A DNA stretch of 64,000 nt from an uncultured Chthonomonadaceae bacterium. Lineage in GTDB: Bacteria > Armatimonadota > Chthonomonadetes > Chthonomonadales > Chthonomonadaceae. The notes under the pieces were generated by a model that made no database searches, was not told the DNA's origin, and was given only the letters and a program-made list of their open reading frames with translations. Below, piece by piece: positions 8,026 through 19,120 of the stretch (position 1 is its first letter; every line of letters begins with the position of its first letter). The stretch lies in assembly GCA_963835065.1 (NCBI GenBank), contig CAWIEK010000012.1, forward strand, positions 1 through 64,000, read 5' to 3'. Position numbers and translations under genes: made by a program.

Positions 8026-10420
8026 ATGCCCACCCCTCCCCCATACCGCGCCCGTACCCTGACGCTTGCCGGACTGGCGTTGAGCCTGCTGTGTGGTTTC
8101 GCGCCTGCCGCTCGCGCGCAGGATACCGTTCCCACCGACAAGACCGCCACGTTTGGACACTCCATGCTCGGCGACGCTTTTAACGATGTGCCGCGTCAGC
8201 GCGCTTATCTGATGAAAGGCATGCCCAACGTCCATTTTGCCATTACCACCAAAAACGCCCTCGCGCAGCGCTTTTTCGATCAGGGGATCGGGCAGATGCA
8301 CGGGTACTGGTATCTGGAAGCCCTGCGCTCGTTTCGCAAAGTGGTGGAACTGGACCCGGCCAGTCCGATGGGGTATTGGGGGTTGGCGCTTGCGGCCATT
8401 GAGGATGCGGGCAAATCTAAAGAGTTTATCGCCAAAGCGATGGAACGACAGAGCGCGGGCAGTGAGCGCGAACGGCTGTGGATACGCTCGCTTTCCGATT
8501 ACATCAACGCCAACACCAAATCCGACGGCTGGCAAAAGAAGCGCGAATTGGCGCTGATGGCGGCGTGGCAGAACATCGTCACCACGTTCCCCGACGACAT
8601 CGAAGCCAAAGCGTTCCTTGCGCACGAGTACCTGAACAACCAGTATCTTGATCCCAAACGGAGCCGGGAACAGATTGATACGCTGATGAAGCAGGTGCTT
8701 GCGGCCAATCCCCAACATCCCATTCACCATTACCGCATCCACCTGTGGGATCAGGCAACAACGGAAAAGAACGCGCTGAATTCCGCCGCGCAGTGTGGCG
8801 TGTCGGGGCCGGGAATCGCGCACCTGTGGCACATGCAGGGGCATACCTATACGGGACTGCACCGCTATGCCGATGCCGCGTACTCGCAGGAAGCGTCCGC
8901 CCGCGTAGATCACGCCTACATGATGCGCGACCACGTTCTGCCCGATGAAATCCACAACTACGCGCACAACAACCAGTGGCTCATCGAAAATCTGGAGTAT
9001 CTGGGCCGGGTGCATGAGGCGCTCGACCTGGCGAAGAACATGATCGAACTGCCGCGCCATCCCCGCTTCAACACGCTGGATGGGGGCGGCAGTTCGGATC
9101 AGGGACGACGGCGGCTGATTGAAACCCTGCTGTGCTACGACCTGTGGAACGACGCGCTGGAATTGGACAGGCAGGGCTACATCGAACCGACGGACGTACC
9201 CGACAAGCAGGCATCGCGGCTGGCGTTGCTGGCCGAAGCCAGTTTTGCCACCGGCGACAGAACCAATGGGCGCAAATACCTGGACGCGCTCTTAGCAATG
9301 CAGGCCGAACACGAGCCGAAAGAAATCGGTACGGACAATGGCTCAGACAAAAGCGGCAAAGGCAAAAACACCACGTCCATTAAGAAGCAAGCGGCGGCAG
9401 AAAACGCCGGTCAGTACGACGCCAAAATGGTAGCGTCCAAAATTGCCGAAGTGCGGGCGCATGAGGCTCTGGCTGCCGACAATGCGGCGGAAGCCGCCCG
9501 GCAGCTTGACCTTGCCGTACAATTGCCGCCTGCCCGCGCCGCGCGCCTGCGCCTGCGCTGCGGACAAAAAGCCAAAGCCGAGCAACTGGCGCAGCAGGCC
9601 GATACAGCAAAATCCCGCGCAGGTGGCCCCGCTTGCCACGCTGGTGACGGTTCTGGCGCAAAACGGCAAGCGCGCGGAAGCCCGGAAACAATTTGCCGCC
9701 CTGCGAACTCTGGCCGCTCGTGCCGACCTGGACGGGCCCCTGTTTGCCGGCATGGAAAGCCTGGCGCGCGAATCGGGCTGCGCCACATCGGATTGGCGGA
9801 TTGTATCGGCCTCGCCTACCGACATCGGCCCGCGCCCCAACCCCGACACGCTCGGCCCCTTCCGCTGGAGTCCCACATCCGCGCCCGCGTTTACCCTGCC
9901 GGACGCTCTTGGCAACAAAGTTTCGCTGTCGGATTTCACCCGGCAGGGCAAGCCCGTTGTCGTGATTTTCTATCTCGGAACCGCCTGCGCAAAGTGCCGC
10001 GAACAATTAAACGCCTTCGCGCCCCTGCAAAAAGAATTCGCGCAGGCCGGTATCAGCCTTGTCGCCATCAGCACGGACTCGCCCGACTTTTTGAAGCAGG
10101 CCAATGTCACGCAGGACTTGAAAACCAAATATCCGTTCCCCCTGCTGGCCGACAAGGGCGCCAAAGCGTTCAAAGCGTTCCGCGTGTGGGACGATTTCGA
10201 GTCCATGCCCCTGCACGGCGCGTTTTTGATTGACGGCAATGGACTGGTGCGCTGGCAGGACATTCGTTTCGAGCCGTTCATGGACGCGCCGTTTCTACTT
10301 GCCGAATCCAAGCGCCTGCTGGCGCAAACGTCTGCTTCGCATACGGAAGACGGTAGACGGAAGACAGTAGACGGAATAGTCACTGCCGGTTCCGTGTTCA
10401 CGATACCAAAAGGGAAATAG
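8026..10420 (+). CDS. Secreted TPR-like protein with C-terminal redoxin (AhpC/TSA) domain; +1 frameshift near 9600
   Basis: Signal peptide; AQRFFDQG and HLWHMQGHTY motifs; second frame gives APAFTLPD...FYLGTACAKC (CxxC)...LHGAFLIDGNG. Confidence 0.75.
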
Positions 10421-10458
10421 TATCCCTCTACTGTCTACCGTCTACCGTCTTCCGTCTT

Positions 10459-10881
10459 CTAAGTCGGGGAGCGATGGAAATGCGCCATTTTCCAGCTTCC
10501 TTCCGTTTTGACGAAGACGCGGGATTCATTGAATGTGCGCCATTTGGGCTGCCCGTTTTCATCATAGGTCATCAGGCGGGTGTAGGTGACGATGCCCGTG
10601 TGGTCGCCATACACCTGTACGCGCGGCGTCAGCATGTCGAAGCGGGCGGGGCGCATATCGGGATTTTGCGCCATTTGCCGGATCAGGGTAAGATGAAACT
10701 CCAGGCCGTCAATCCGGTACGCGCACACATCCTCGAAACACGAAAGTTCGGGCGTGGAAAAAGCGGCATACGTGGCGGCGTCGCCCGTATGAATGGCATT
10801 TAACATCTGCCAGGTAATATCCAGCAGTTCGCGCTGAACGGTATCAAAGCGCCCATCGTCCAATAAGGCGGGTTCGATCAT
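10459..10881 (-). CDS. NTF2-like protein resembling the CaMKII association (hub) domain (CaMKII_AD/DUF4440)
   Basis: AIHTGD...CFE...IDGLEFH...PRVQVYGD...YTRL...ESRVF...GSWKMAHFHRS matches hub-domain motifs. Confidence 0.8.
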   Translation of the reverse strand: MIEPALLDDGRFDTVQRELLDITWQMLNAIHTGDAATYAAFSTPELSCFEDVCAYRIDGLEFHLTLIRQMAQNPDMRPARFDMLTPRVQVYGDHTGIVTYTRLMTYDENGQPKWRTFNESRVFVKTEGSWKMAHFHRSPT

Positions 10882-11085
10882 GGGAAACCCTTTCTTTCAA
10901 AATCGAAAATGAGCCGCGAAGGAATGCGGCTACGCGCAAATACGCGCGAATACACGCAACTATGATGCAGCAATGATATTGCCGCCAAAATAGTTTTCTC
11001 AACTCTGCAAAGGCGTGGTACAATAATCAAAGGAAGCCGTGACGCCTTACTACTGTTCTGTGCGGATGTTTCGCATGAGGCAATA

Positions 11086-12630
11086 ATGACGGATTCCATT
11101 TTGATTCATTCGGTGTTGATTCCTCCTTCCACCCTGAAACGCTCTTTTCAGCCAACCTCCGGGGCTGCGCTGCAAGACGTTTACGCGACGCTTGATCTGC
11201 CGCTCGACCCTTTTCAGGATGCGTTTCATCTCAGCCCCCAGGCCATTGCCATCGGCGGCGCGGACAACCAGACCATTTTACTGGTGAACCCCGCCTGCGC
11301 GGAACTGTACGGCTACGCGGTTGAGGAGATGGTCGGCAAGCCTGTGCGCGACGTGTTTGCGCCCGAAGCGCATGCCGAGATTACGCGGCATATCCACAGC
11401 GTCGGCACGAAAGCCTCCCCAATTTATGAAACAGTTCACGTGCGCAAGGACGGAACCACGTTTCCCGCGCGCCTTGACATTCACTCCGTTTGTGATTCCG
11501 ACGACGAACTGCTGTACCGCGTGATTTACGTGCAGGACATTTCCGAACAGCGCGGCCTGCTGACAAGCCTGCGCGCGACGGAAGAAGAGCGCGCGTATAT
11601 GATGTCGGCGGCGCGGTGTTTGCTGTGGCATGCGCAGGTGCAGGATACCGACAATCCCCGGTATCTGGATTGGAACATGGTAATCCCGGACATGGAGGCG
11701 GCGCAACGGTTTTTGCCGCTCGACATGCTGCCGGGCGAAAGCTACCCCGCCGCCGCGTATCGCAATCGCCACCTGCAGGACCGGGACGTGTGCGACGTGC
11801 TGGGAACCGCAGCGGTGCGGGCGGGACAAAGTTACGATCAGGAATTTCGGTGCAATTGCAGCGACGGCAGTATGCGCTGGCTGCATGAAGACATTCGGGT
11901 GGAAACGCTGGAGCCGGGCAAAAAGTGGCGGCTGGTCGGGGTCTGCACGGACATTACGGAGCGCAAGCTGGCGGAGCAGGCGCTGCTGGAAAAACAGGCG
12001 TCCATTGAAAAACTCAATGAGCGGCTGCGCCTGTCCATGACGGAAACGCACCACCGCGTGAAAAACAACCTGCAAATGATCTCGGCGCTGATTGATATGC
12101 GGGCGATGGAAGCGGGTGAATCGGTTCCCGTCGAAGAACTGCGGCGGTTAAGCGCGCAGATACAAAGCCTGTCCGTTGTTCACGACGTGCTGACGGCAAC
12201 CTCGCGGGGCGAAAAAAGCGAGCAACGCGTGTCCGCGCGGCGGATGCTGTCCACCCTGCTGCCCAAACTGCGCCAGATGGCCGGGGAACACGAACTGGTC
12301 AACCAACTGGACGATGCGGTCTTGCGCGCGGGGCAGAGTACCTCGCTGGCGCTGATTACGCAGGAGTTGTACGCCAACGCGCTCAAGCACGGCGGGCAGC
12401 GCGTCACGGTCAAATTCAAAGTGGCCGGTTCGCAGGCAACGCTGGAAGTCTGCGACACAGGCCCAGGCTTTCCGTCCGATTTCGACGCGATACAGGCGGC
12501 AAACACCGGCCTGGAACTGGTTCTGAACCTGGCGCGCACCGATTTGCAGGGCAAAGTAACCTTCGACACGCTCCCGGACGGCGGCGGGCGCGTGTGCTAT
12601 AACCTTTCCCCTCCCACAATGATTTTATAG
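11086..12630 (+). CDS. PAS-domain sensor histidine kinase (HisKA_2 type)
   Basis: Two PAS/PAC segments, ETHHRVKNNLQ H-box, ELYANALKHG N-box, DTGPGF. Confidence 0.9.
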   Translation: MTDSILIHSVLIPPSTLKRSFQPTSGAALQDVYATLDLPLDPFQDAFHLSPQAIAIGGADNQTILLVNPACAELYGYAVEEMVGKPVRDVFAPEAHAEITRHIHSVGTKASPIYETVHVRKDGTTFPARLDIHSVCDSDDELLYRVIYVQDISEQRGLLTSLRATEEERAYMMSAARCLLWHAQVQDTDNPRYLDWNMVIPDMEAAQRFLPLDMLPGESYPAAAYRNRHLQDRDVCDVLGTAAVRAGQSYDQEFRCNCSDGSMRWLHEDIRVETLEPGKKWRLVGVCTDITERKLAEQALLEKQASIEKLNERLRLSMTETHHRVKNNLQMISALIDMRAMEAGESVPVEELRRLSAQIQSLSVVHDVLTATSRGEKSEQRVSARRMLSTLLPKLRQMAGEHELVNQLDDAVLRAGQSTSLALITQELYANALKHGGQRVTVKFKVAGSQATLEVCDTGPGFPSDFDAIQAANTGLELVLNLARTDLQGKVTFDTLPDGGGRVCYNLSPPTMIL

Positions 12631-13138
12631 TGATTCTATCGCTGCTTGTTTTGCGCTTGCAATATCTTGGCAGCACCGATTGCGCCTCGAAACGAATACT
12701 TTGAAGATGCCGCAAGGTTCTGAATAAACCTTTGAACATCGTCGTCGCTTGAATCGCCAGGTCATCAAGTAGATGTAGGCGCATAATGCCATATCATCAG
12801 GATGGAGATAGCCTTCCTCGCATGGTCGCTCAAAGAGAGTTTCAGCGCGTTCTAAAAAGTCGCAGACAAGAAGAGGATTGCGGCGCATCTCCTCCTGCAC
12901 GTCTTTAATGTAGGTATTATTCGCCAGGCGTTGAAGCAACACCGTTGGCGTACTAGCGAAATGAAGATGAAACGCCGGTTGCTTAGACAAGAAGAGGATT
13001 GCGGCGCATCTCCTCCTGCACGTCTTTAATGTAGGTATTATTCGCCAGGCGTTGAAGCAACGCCGTTGGCGTACTTGCGAAATGAAGATCGAAACGCCAG
13101 TTGCCTTGTTCGATTGTGGGAATGGTCTCCTCAGTCAT
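12625..13138 (-). pseudogene. Hypothetical gene interrupted by a 121-bp tandem duplication
   Basis: ATG at 13138 reads MTEETIPTIEQGNWRFDLHFASTPT...NPLLV then TAA at the junction; the other copy resumes the same peptide and continues. Confidence 0.6.
12864..13107. repeat. Near-identical tandem direct repeat, units 12864-12984 and 12985-13107
   Basis: AGACAAGAAGAGGATTGCGGCGCATCTCC...GCGAAATGAAGAT occurs twice in tandem. Confidence 0.95.
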
Positions 13139-13216
13139 TTTTGCCTTCTCTCATGTAGTTCTTCCCTTCTCTGTGATCCCTCTGTGTCTCTGTGCCTCTG
13201 TGGTGAAAAATTAAAA

Positions 13217-14122
13217 TCAAGCGCTTTCGCTGGCGCTCAGGCGGCGGAGGCGTTCAACAAAGGCGGTGTCGTAGGGGTCGAGCTTGCCTGCGCTGCGATA
13301 GTGCGTTAAGGCTTCGCGCTCGTAGCCCAGGCGGACATAAGCATCGCCGAGCAGAGCATGATAAGAGGCGTTTTCGGGTTCCAGATTGACGGCCTGGCGC
13401 AGCGCGTCCGCCGCTTCGCGCAAAAAGCCCGCCTGCAAGTACAGCATCCCCAGGCGAACGTTGTAATAAGCGTCGTAGGGCGAAAACAGCGCGGCCTGCT
13501 GCATTTCGGTGATAGCGTCCTGAAAGCGCCCGCTGCGGGCATAAATGTCGCCAAGCCAGAAATGATAAAACCCGTCCTGCGGAACCAGGTCGCGGGCCGT
13601 TTCCAGTTCCACGGCGGCATGGGCATGGAAGCCAATGGCGGCGTAGCAGTCGCCGAGTTTGTAACGGTAGAAAGCGTTGTCGGGCGCAAACTCCACGGCC
13701 TTGCGATATTCCAGCACGGCGGCGTGCAGGCGGCCATAGCGCTTGTACAGTTCACCCAGATTGAAATGCGGCGCGGCTTTGCGCGGACTGGCTTTCACGG
13801 CCCGGCGATAAAGCGCCAGGGCTTGCGCAGATTCTCCGGCGGTTTCCTGCGCCTCGCCCCGCGCATTGTGCCGAGACGCTTCCGCTTCGGAATTGGGGAT
13901 TGCCGATTGTGGATTGCCGATTGCGCGTTTTAACCGCGTGGAAGTATCGGCGTTGGCTGTGGCGTCAGCGGCGGATGCGGACGAGGCAGGCGCGGCGGGT
14001 TTGCGACGGCGGGAAGATGATTTAGGCGAGGGCTGCGCCGAGGAAACAGTGTCGGCAGACGATCTTTCGGGAGAAGGATAGTTCTCCGGTTCCGGTTGTG
14101 AAGAGGGATATTGTGAATTCAA
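13217..14122 (-). CDS. Tetratricopeptide repeat protein
   Basis: Five to six TPR units (HFNLGELY, YKLGDCY, FWLGDIY, VRLGMLY, ALLGDAY) after a disordered N-terminus. Confidence 0.88.
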   Translation of the reverse strand: MNSQYPSSQPEPENYPSPERSSADTVSSAQPSPKSSSRRRKPAAPASSASAADATANADTSTRLKRAIGNPQSAIPNSEAEASRHNARGEAQETAGESAQALALYRRAVKASPRKAAPHFNLGELYKRYGRLHAAVLEYRKAVEFAPDNAFYRYKLGDCYAAIGFHAHAAVELETARDLVPQDGFYHFWLGDIYARSGRFQDAITEMQQAALFSPYDAYYNVRLGMLYLQAGFLREAADALRQAVNLEPENASYHALLGDAYVRLGYEREALTHYRSAGKLDPYDTAFVERLRRLSASESA

Positions 14123-14208
14123 GCGCTTACCTCGTAAGAATTACATGCGAACGAACTGCTGCAAAATAACGGTATCAACGCCGCGTGGGAAGTGAGTCCA
14201 ACACCTGT

Positions 14209-14237
14209 ATTAAACCATTTTCCTGCCTGCCTGTCAA
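14209..14237 (-). promoter_or_regulatory. Putative sigma70 promoter for the TPR gene
   Basis: Minus strand TTGACA-17 bp-TTTAAT with TG extension. Confidence 0.6.
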
Positions 14238-14263
14238 GCCGCGAAACCATAGAATCTTAAACC

Positions 14264-14725
14264 TTAAAACTCTTTCCGGCTGTCCAGCAGCAGCGTCACC
14301 GGGCCGTCATTGACGAGCGCAAGCCGCATTTCCGCTCCGAATTCACCCCACTGCACGGGTACGCCAAGATCGGCAAGCATCCCGCCGAACGCGCGGTACA
14401 AATGCTCGGCCTGTTCGCCTTTGCCAGCCTCCACAAAACTCGGACGCCGCCCTTTGCGGCAGTCGCCATACAGGGTGAAATTGCTGACCACAAGCGCGGA
14501 TTGCGCTTTGTCAAGCAGGGACAGGTTCAGCTTGCCGTCCGCGTCTTCCAGAACGCGCAGGTTTGCCACTTTGTCGGCAAGGGCGCGGGCATCCGCTTCG
14601 GTATCGTCGGCGCGGACGCCGACAAGCACGGCAAACCCCGCCCCGATCCGCCCAACCTCGCGCGTTTGCTCACCCTCCACAACCGTAACGCTTGCTTCCG
14701 ACACTCGCTGTACCACCGCCCGCAT
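14264..14725 (-). CDS. dtd: D-aminoacyl-tRNA deacylase
   Basis: MRAVVQRV, SNFTLYGD..KGRRPSF, NDGPVT. Confidence 0.97.
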   Translation of the reverse strand: MRAVVQRVSEASVTVVEGEQTREVGRIGAGFAVLVGVRADDTEADARALADKVANLRVLEDADGKLNLSLLDKAQSALVVSNFTLYGDCRKGRRPSFVEAGKGEQAEHLYRAFGGMLADLGVPVQWGEFGAEMRLALVNDGPVTLLLDSRKEF

Positions 14726-14805
14726 ACTCGTATCCTCCTGTTACCGCGCAGCACAAGCCATACTAAGCAATACTTAATGTACCATCTTGTTAGGACTGTT
14801 GACGC

Positions 14806-14847
14806 AATCAGCCATAGAAGCCGTTCAGACGGTTTCTATGGCTGATT
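14806..14847. terminator. Long hairpin downstream of the PEP-CTERM gene (terminator or repeat remnant)
   Basis: AATCAGCCATAGAAGCCGT-TCAG-ACGGTTTCTATGGCTGATT. Confidence 0.5.
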
Positions 14848-14953
14848 TGTACTCGGCAGATGTTGCGGGTAGAATGGAAGGGGCGAGCGGAACTGCACGC
14901 TGCTAATCGGCAGTATTCGCGCCCCAAGCGGCATCAAAGGCCGCGCTCCAATC

Positions 14954-15913
14954 TCAGGCGCCTGCCGCCCGCCCCCGATGCCGACGTCGGACGAAGACAC
15001 CACCGCACAGAGCGAGAGCGATAAACACAGTCATACTGCCGGGTTCGGGAACCACAGGGTCGGCGACGGCGATCAGAACTCTCTGGTTATACGCGCCGCT
15101 GCCTGTCAGATTATCCCCGTTGAATTGCGCGACGAAGGCGGTGGCGGGATTCAGCCCGAAATCTTGCGGTCCCACGTTTTCCAGAACCGCGAGGTAGGGA
15201 AAGAGATGCAGCACGTCTTCATAACCTGTGTTCAGCTCGAAATCGCCTACCTGCAAATCAAGCGCGCCCAGGGGCCTTGAGCCGGTGGATTCCCAGAAGA
15301 AAATGAGGGTGTTCGGATTTGCCAGCGCGTCTTGCACCGCCGGCAAGTCAATGGGATTGAGCTGCCCGGCGGTGAGCGTGGGAGCCGGGGGAGCGATCTG
15401 TGGATCACCAATATATTTCAACAGTTTGGTAATCGTTCCATCGGTAAGCATAAGACCCTGCCGCCACCGCTCCTTGCCGGTTATCGGGTCAACGCCCAGA
15501 TAAGCGCCGACGTCACGGAAATTGGCGATCCAGTTCGCGCCCGCCGGACTCTTGCGAGCGGCCTGTGTCCCGTAGGGCACGATAATGGCCCCCCGTTGTC
15601 CGCCCCCCGGTAAAGCAATCTTTTTCTGGAAGCCGCCACCCGCCACGCCGCCCGCAGCGCCCTGTAGCGTGACCAGACCCGGCGTGGTGATGGCATTAAA
15701 GGGAGGCACGTCGCCTGGCGTCCCATGCAGAAAACCTCCGGGCGCAAACGACGCATTGTAGGGTACGCCAAACGCGACGTCTCCGAAAGTCGTATCGAAG
15801 TCGTTGACCGTGCCGTCGTTGTAGTAGTCGAGGCGGGGCGTCTGAGCCTGTGAGGGGAAAGCAAGGGTGAGCATGGCAATGCCCGTGAGAAAGAGAAAGG
15901 TACCAATCTTCAT
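14954..15913 (-). CDS. PEP-CTERM sorting-domain secreted protein
   Basis: Signal peptide MKIGTFLF...AQ; C-terminal VPEPGS, TM helix, RRRHR. Confidence 0.9.
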   Translation of the reverse strand: MKIGTFLFLTGIAMLTLAFPSQAQTPRLDYYNDGTVNDFDTTFGDVAFGVPYNASFAPGGFLHGTPGDVPPFNAITTPGLVTLQGAAGGVAGGGFQKKIALPGGGQRGAIIVPYGTQAARKSPAGANWIANFRDVGAYLGVDPITGKERWRQGLMLTDGTITKLLKYIGDPQIAPPAPTLTAGQLNPIDLPAVQDALANPNTLIFFWESTGSRPLGALDLQVGDFELNTGYEDVLHLFPYLAVLENVGPQDFGLNPATAFVAQFNGDNLTGSGAYNQRVLIAVADPVVPEPGSMTVFIALALCGGVFVRRRHRGRAAGA

Positions 15914-16119
15914 CGTCTGGTCGCCTGCCTTTCTGCTGCGTCTGCAGCACAAACATCATGATGGACTTTAGCTCTTCGGAACTATATTAAGATACCATAA
16001 AGTTTAATATTAAGAATAGATTAAAAATTTAATCCGAATATTTTGCTGACTAAGTTTTGAGAAACGATCCAATGAGGCGCTCATTGGATTGTCGGCGCTA
16101 GCAGCCGGAAGGTACGCTT

Positions 16120-16872
16120 ATGAACGCTAAACAGATGGGTAATGGCATCGCGCGTATTTCGCTGGCGTGGGGCAATGCGTATGCGCTGCATGATCCGACA
16201 GGAGGCAGGAATGCCGCTCTGATTGATTGCGGGCTGCAAAAAGACCGCCCGGCGCTGCTGGCGGGATTGCGCGCTTTGAATATCGAACCTGCGGATGTGC
16301 GAACGGTTTTGCTGACACACGCGCATTGCGACCATGCGGGCAATGCGGCTTATTTTGCCAATATGGGCGCGAACATCGTTCTGCACGAACAGGAAGCGCC
16401 CTATCTTCAACTGCCGCGCCGCTCTTATGCTTATACGGGATTGAAAGCGCTACGGCGTCCGTTTACCAGCCTTGCGTTTACGATTGGCGAAGTGACGCAG
16501 CCCGTAGAGCGGTGCGCTGTCGGGCAAACCGTTACGGACGGCGAACTTATAGATGCGCCAGGCGGCAGCCTGCGCGTGATTCATACGCCGGGACACGCGC
16601 CGGGACACATCGCCTTTTACCGTGAACACGATCAGCTTCTCTTCAGCGGCGACGCCATTCTCAACATCATTCCCATACGCCGCGTCACCGCCCTGAGCCT
16701 GCCCATGCGCCTGCTGTCCGATGATTGGGCGCAGGCAAAGCGCAGCGCCACCCGCTTAATCCAACTGCGCCCCCGCCTGCTGTACGCCGGACACGGCCTG
16801 CCGCTCACAGCCAATGTTGCCGACGCGCTTACGGAATGGGGAGAGACATTGAAAATGATGAGTGATGAATGA
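16120..16872 (+). CDS. MBL-fold metallo-hydrolase
   Basis: THAHCDHAG (HxHxDH), TPGHAPGH, FSGD, AGHG. Confidence 0.92.
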   Translation: MNAKQMGNGIARISLAWGNAYALHDPTGGRNAALIDCGLQKDRPALLAGLRALNIEPADVRTVLLTHAHCDHAGNAAYFANMGANIVLHEQEAPYLQLPRRSYAYTGLKALRRPFTSLAFTIGEVTQPVERCAVGQTVTDGELIDAPGGSLRVIHTPGHAPGHIAFYREHDQLLFSGDAILNIIPIRRVTALSLPMRLLSDDWAQAKRSATRLIQLRPRLLYAGHGLPLTANVADALTEWGETLKMMSDE

Positions 16873-16944
16873 TGAGTGATGAATTAAGGAAAGCAACATT
16901 GTTCGAACGTCCAACAAAAATGCCTTTCCTACATTCATAATTCA

Positions 16945-17493
16945 TCACTCATCCTTCATCCTTGTTCTTAGCGCTCGCAGCAAAATCGTGTGTTTGTCTT
17001 CCAATTCGCGGTTCAGGCGCTTGATGCGGGTCAGCGTGGGACGATCCAGACGGGCATACATGTACTTACAAATATAGGTGGTGCAGCCGAAGGGACGGAG
17101 GTCGTGCGGAAACGCGCAGCCGACTGCGCCCAGGTACTCGCAGGGCAAATCATCCGCCGCTTCGTCCGTATTTTCGACTTCGGAGGAACCGAGCGCGTCT
17201 AAGTAGCGCGTGGCGGTAGTGGCAATCATATCGGGTTCTGCTTCCGAAACCACGTCGTTTAGTGTAACATCTGTGTCCTGATTAGCCTCTTGAGGAACGT
17301 TGGCTTGCGGCACATCGGGAAGGTTTGCGCGCCAGCCGGTTGCTTCCGCCAGCAGAATGTCCGTTGGCGCGATACGGGCAGGGCGGCGGCAGCACGGCGT
17401 CGGGCACGTCGGGCAGTTCGCGTGCGTAAAGGCTTCAAACTGTCGCCGTAATTCGCGCTGTGTGCGTCGGTACAATTCAAGTGGGTTTTGCAT
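16945..17493 (-). CDS. YkgJ-like cysteine-cluster (putative Zn/Fe-chelating) protein
   Basis: CPTCPTPCC, PCEYLGAVGC, RPFGCTTYIC. Confidence 0.7.
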   Translation of the reverse strand: MQNPLELYRRTQRELRRQFEAFTHANCPTCPTPCCRRPARIAPTDILLAEATGWRANLPDVPQANVPQEANQDTDVTLNDVVSEAEPDMIATTATRYLDALGSSEVENTDEAADDLPCEYLGAVGCAFPHDLRPFGCTTYICKYMYARLDRPTLTRIKRLNRELEDKHTILLRALRTRMKDE

Positions 17494-17611
17494 AATTGAG
17501 GCAGTCTTTAGTTTCCGCTCTCACACGATGAGAATCGGGAAGTAGGTCAGGCAAGAACAGCGTGAGTTTGTGTTCAGCAAAAGAGATGCATCACAAAGAA
17601 AAGGATTAAAG

Positions 17612-17977
17612 ATGACAACAATACAGGGCGACTTTACCAACAGCGACCGGGCAGGGCAAGCGAAAGAAGCCCTGACGCAGATCGGCATCGCGGCCAATCA
17701 CATCCGGGTGTGGAACATTATCCCGGACAGCGATGCCGGGCAGGCTGACCACAACGTAACGGCCACAGGAGCGGTACTGGGCGGGATGCTGGGCGGCGGC
17801 GCAGGTCTGGTAGCCGGGGCGGCGATTGGCGCGACACTGGACGGCGGTAGCGACGCTCCTTTGCCTGCCCCCGCCGGTGTGCGCGTCGTGGTGGATGTCA
17901 GCGGGAACGAAACGCAAATCGCAGCCAGCTTGCGCGCTTCGGGTGCAGCCAATGTACATACCAGCAGCACTGGATAA
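17612..17977 (+). CDS. Hypothetical glycine-zipper membrane protein
   Basis: AAGGA RBS; GAVLGGMLGGGAGLVAGAAIGA. Confidence 0.7.
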   Translation: MTTIQGDFTNSDRAGQAKEALTQIGIAANHIRVWNIIPDSDAGQADHNVTATGAVLGGMLGGGAGLVAGAAIGATLDGGSDAPLPAPAGVRVVVDVSGNETQIAASLRASGAANVHTSSTG

Positions 17978-18021
17978 AAGATGCGGCACATCGTGTACGA
18001 TGCAACACCCCTCTTGCGCCA

Positions 18022-18585
18022 TCACGAAAAGGCTTTGGCGAGTAAGAAGGCGACGGTAGCGGCCAGGCCGCCGATGAGGGCGGTCCGCAAGGCGCCGCGT
18101 CCTGGGCTGGTACCGCTGACGTTGCCCTTGACGTAGCCGAAGACGACGAGCGCCACAAGCGTCACGCCTGCGGACCAGAGGAGGGCTGTGGGCGCGTGAT
18201 GGATCACGATGTAGGGAGCCAGCGGGATGAAGCCGCCTGCGATGTAGGAGCCTGCAATCGTCGCGGCGCTGGTGAGCGCCCGCTTGGGATCCGGCTCTTC
18301 CAGTCCCAGTTCAAAGCGCATCATGAAGTCGATCCACGCCTTGGGGTTGCGCTGCAAGGCGTGGACAACCGGCGCGCTTTCCTCCGCTGTCAAGCCATAC
18401 GTCCGAAAGATGTTCTCGATCTCCTGGGCTCGACATCTGGCACGGTATGAACTTCTTTTTCTTCACGGATGCGCTCACTGTCATAGTGTTCCGCATCGCC
18501 GCGCGCGGCAAGGTATCCTCCCAAACCCATCGCAATGGAACCGGCGGCAATCTCAGCTAAACCTGCCGTCAGGATGATATGGGAA
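18022..18585 (-). pseudogene. VIT1/CCC1-family Fe/Mn transporter, 5'-truncated and frameshifted near 18430
   Basis: HIILTAGLAEIAAGSIAMGLGGYLA in one frame, FMMRFELGLEEPDP...SYIAGGFIPLAPY in another; the N-terminal helix and start codon are absent. Confidence 0.8.
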
Positions 18586-19120
18586 CGAGAAAGAGCCTTT
18601 TAGAGGGTTATTCCCATTTTAATTACGCGCGAAAGTCCTAGGATTATGCAAAACTGCGCACTTGCAGTATCTACTGTGAGAAAAAATTCAAGCTTTTCAA
18701 AAATCTGCCGAAGCTCCTATGCCCTCGGTGGCTGCAATCAGCGCAAGCAGAAACGGAATGCCGCCCTGGAACAACAGAAGGCTGTCCGGGAAAAGACGAT
18801 TCAGAAGCAGATGCAGAGGCACTCGCATACAATCGTAGAGAGTTCGGTTCCCTGCCTTCTCGTCAGTAACAGGTTGTTTCTACGGCACTCCATAGCGAGG
18901 ATCATTCTTGTGTGTATTCAGGCTTTCTACATTTTGAGCGCAGGCGGGAAATACCCCGACATGAATATGTAACGATCTCTACAAACGAGACATTCCTGGC
19001 ACAAAGTAATCCTGCGATACGTCAGGACATGGGGATATTCTTGACCCCTGCTGATCCCTAAGAGGGTAGATAAGTCGGTGTCGCACGGGAAGCCGACTTG
19101 ATGGATAAGGAAAACGTTTT

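Noticed and set aside
14790..14805. TAGGACTGTTGAC as an IS terminal repeat
   Set aside because: No matching second end or transposase in the window.
16120..16872. MBL-fold gene as the beta-lactamase target of the BlaI/BlaR-like pair
   Set aside because: It is 8 kb away, has no signal peptide and no operator motif upstream; a generic MBL hydrolase.
18646..18972. 108-aa ORF
   Set aside because: No RBS or motif and atypical composition.
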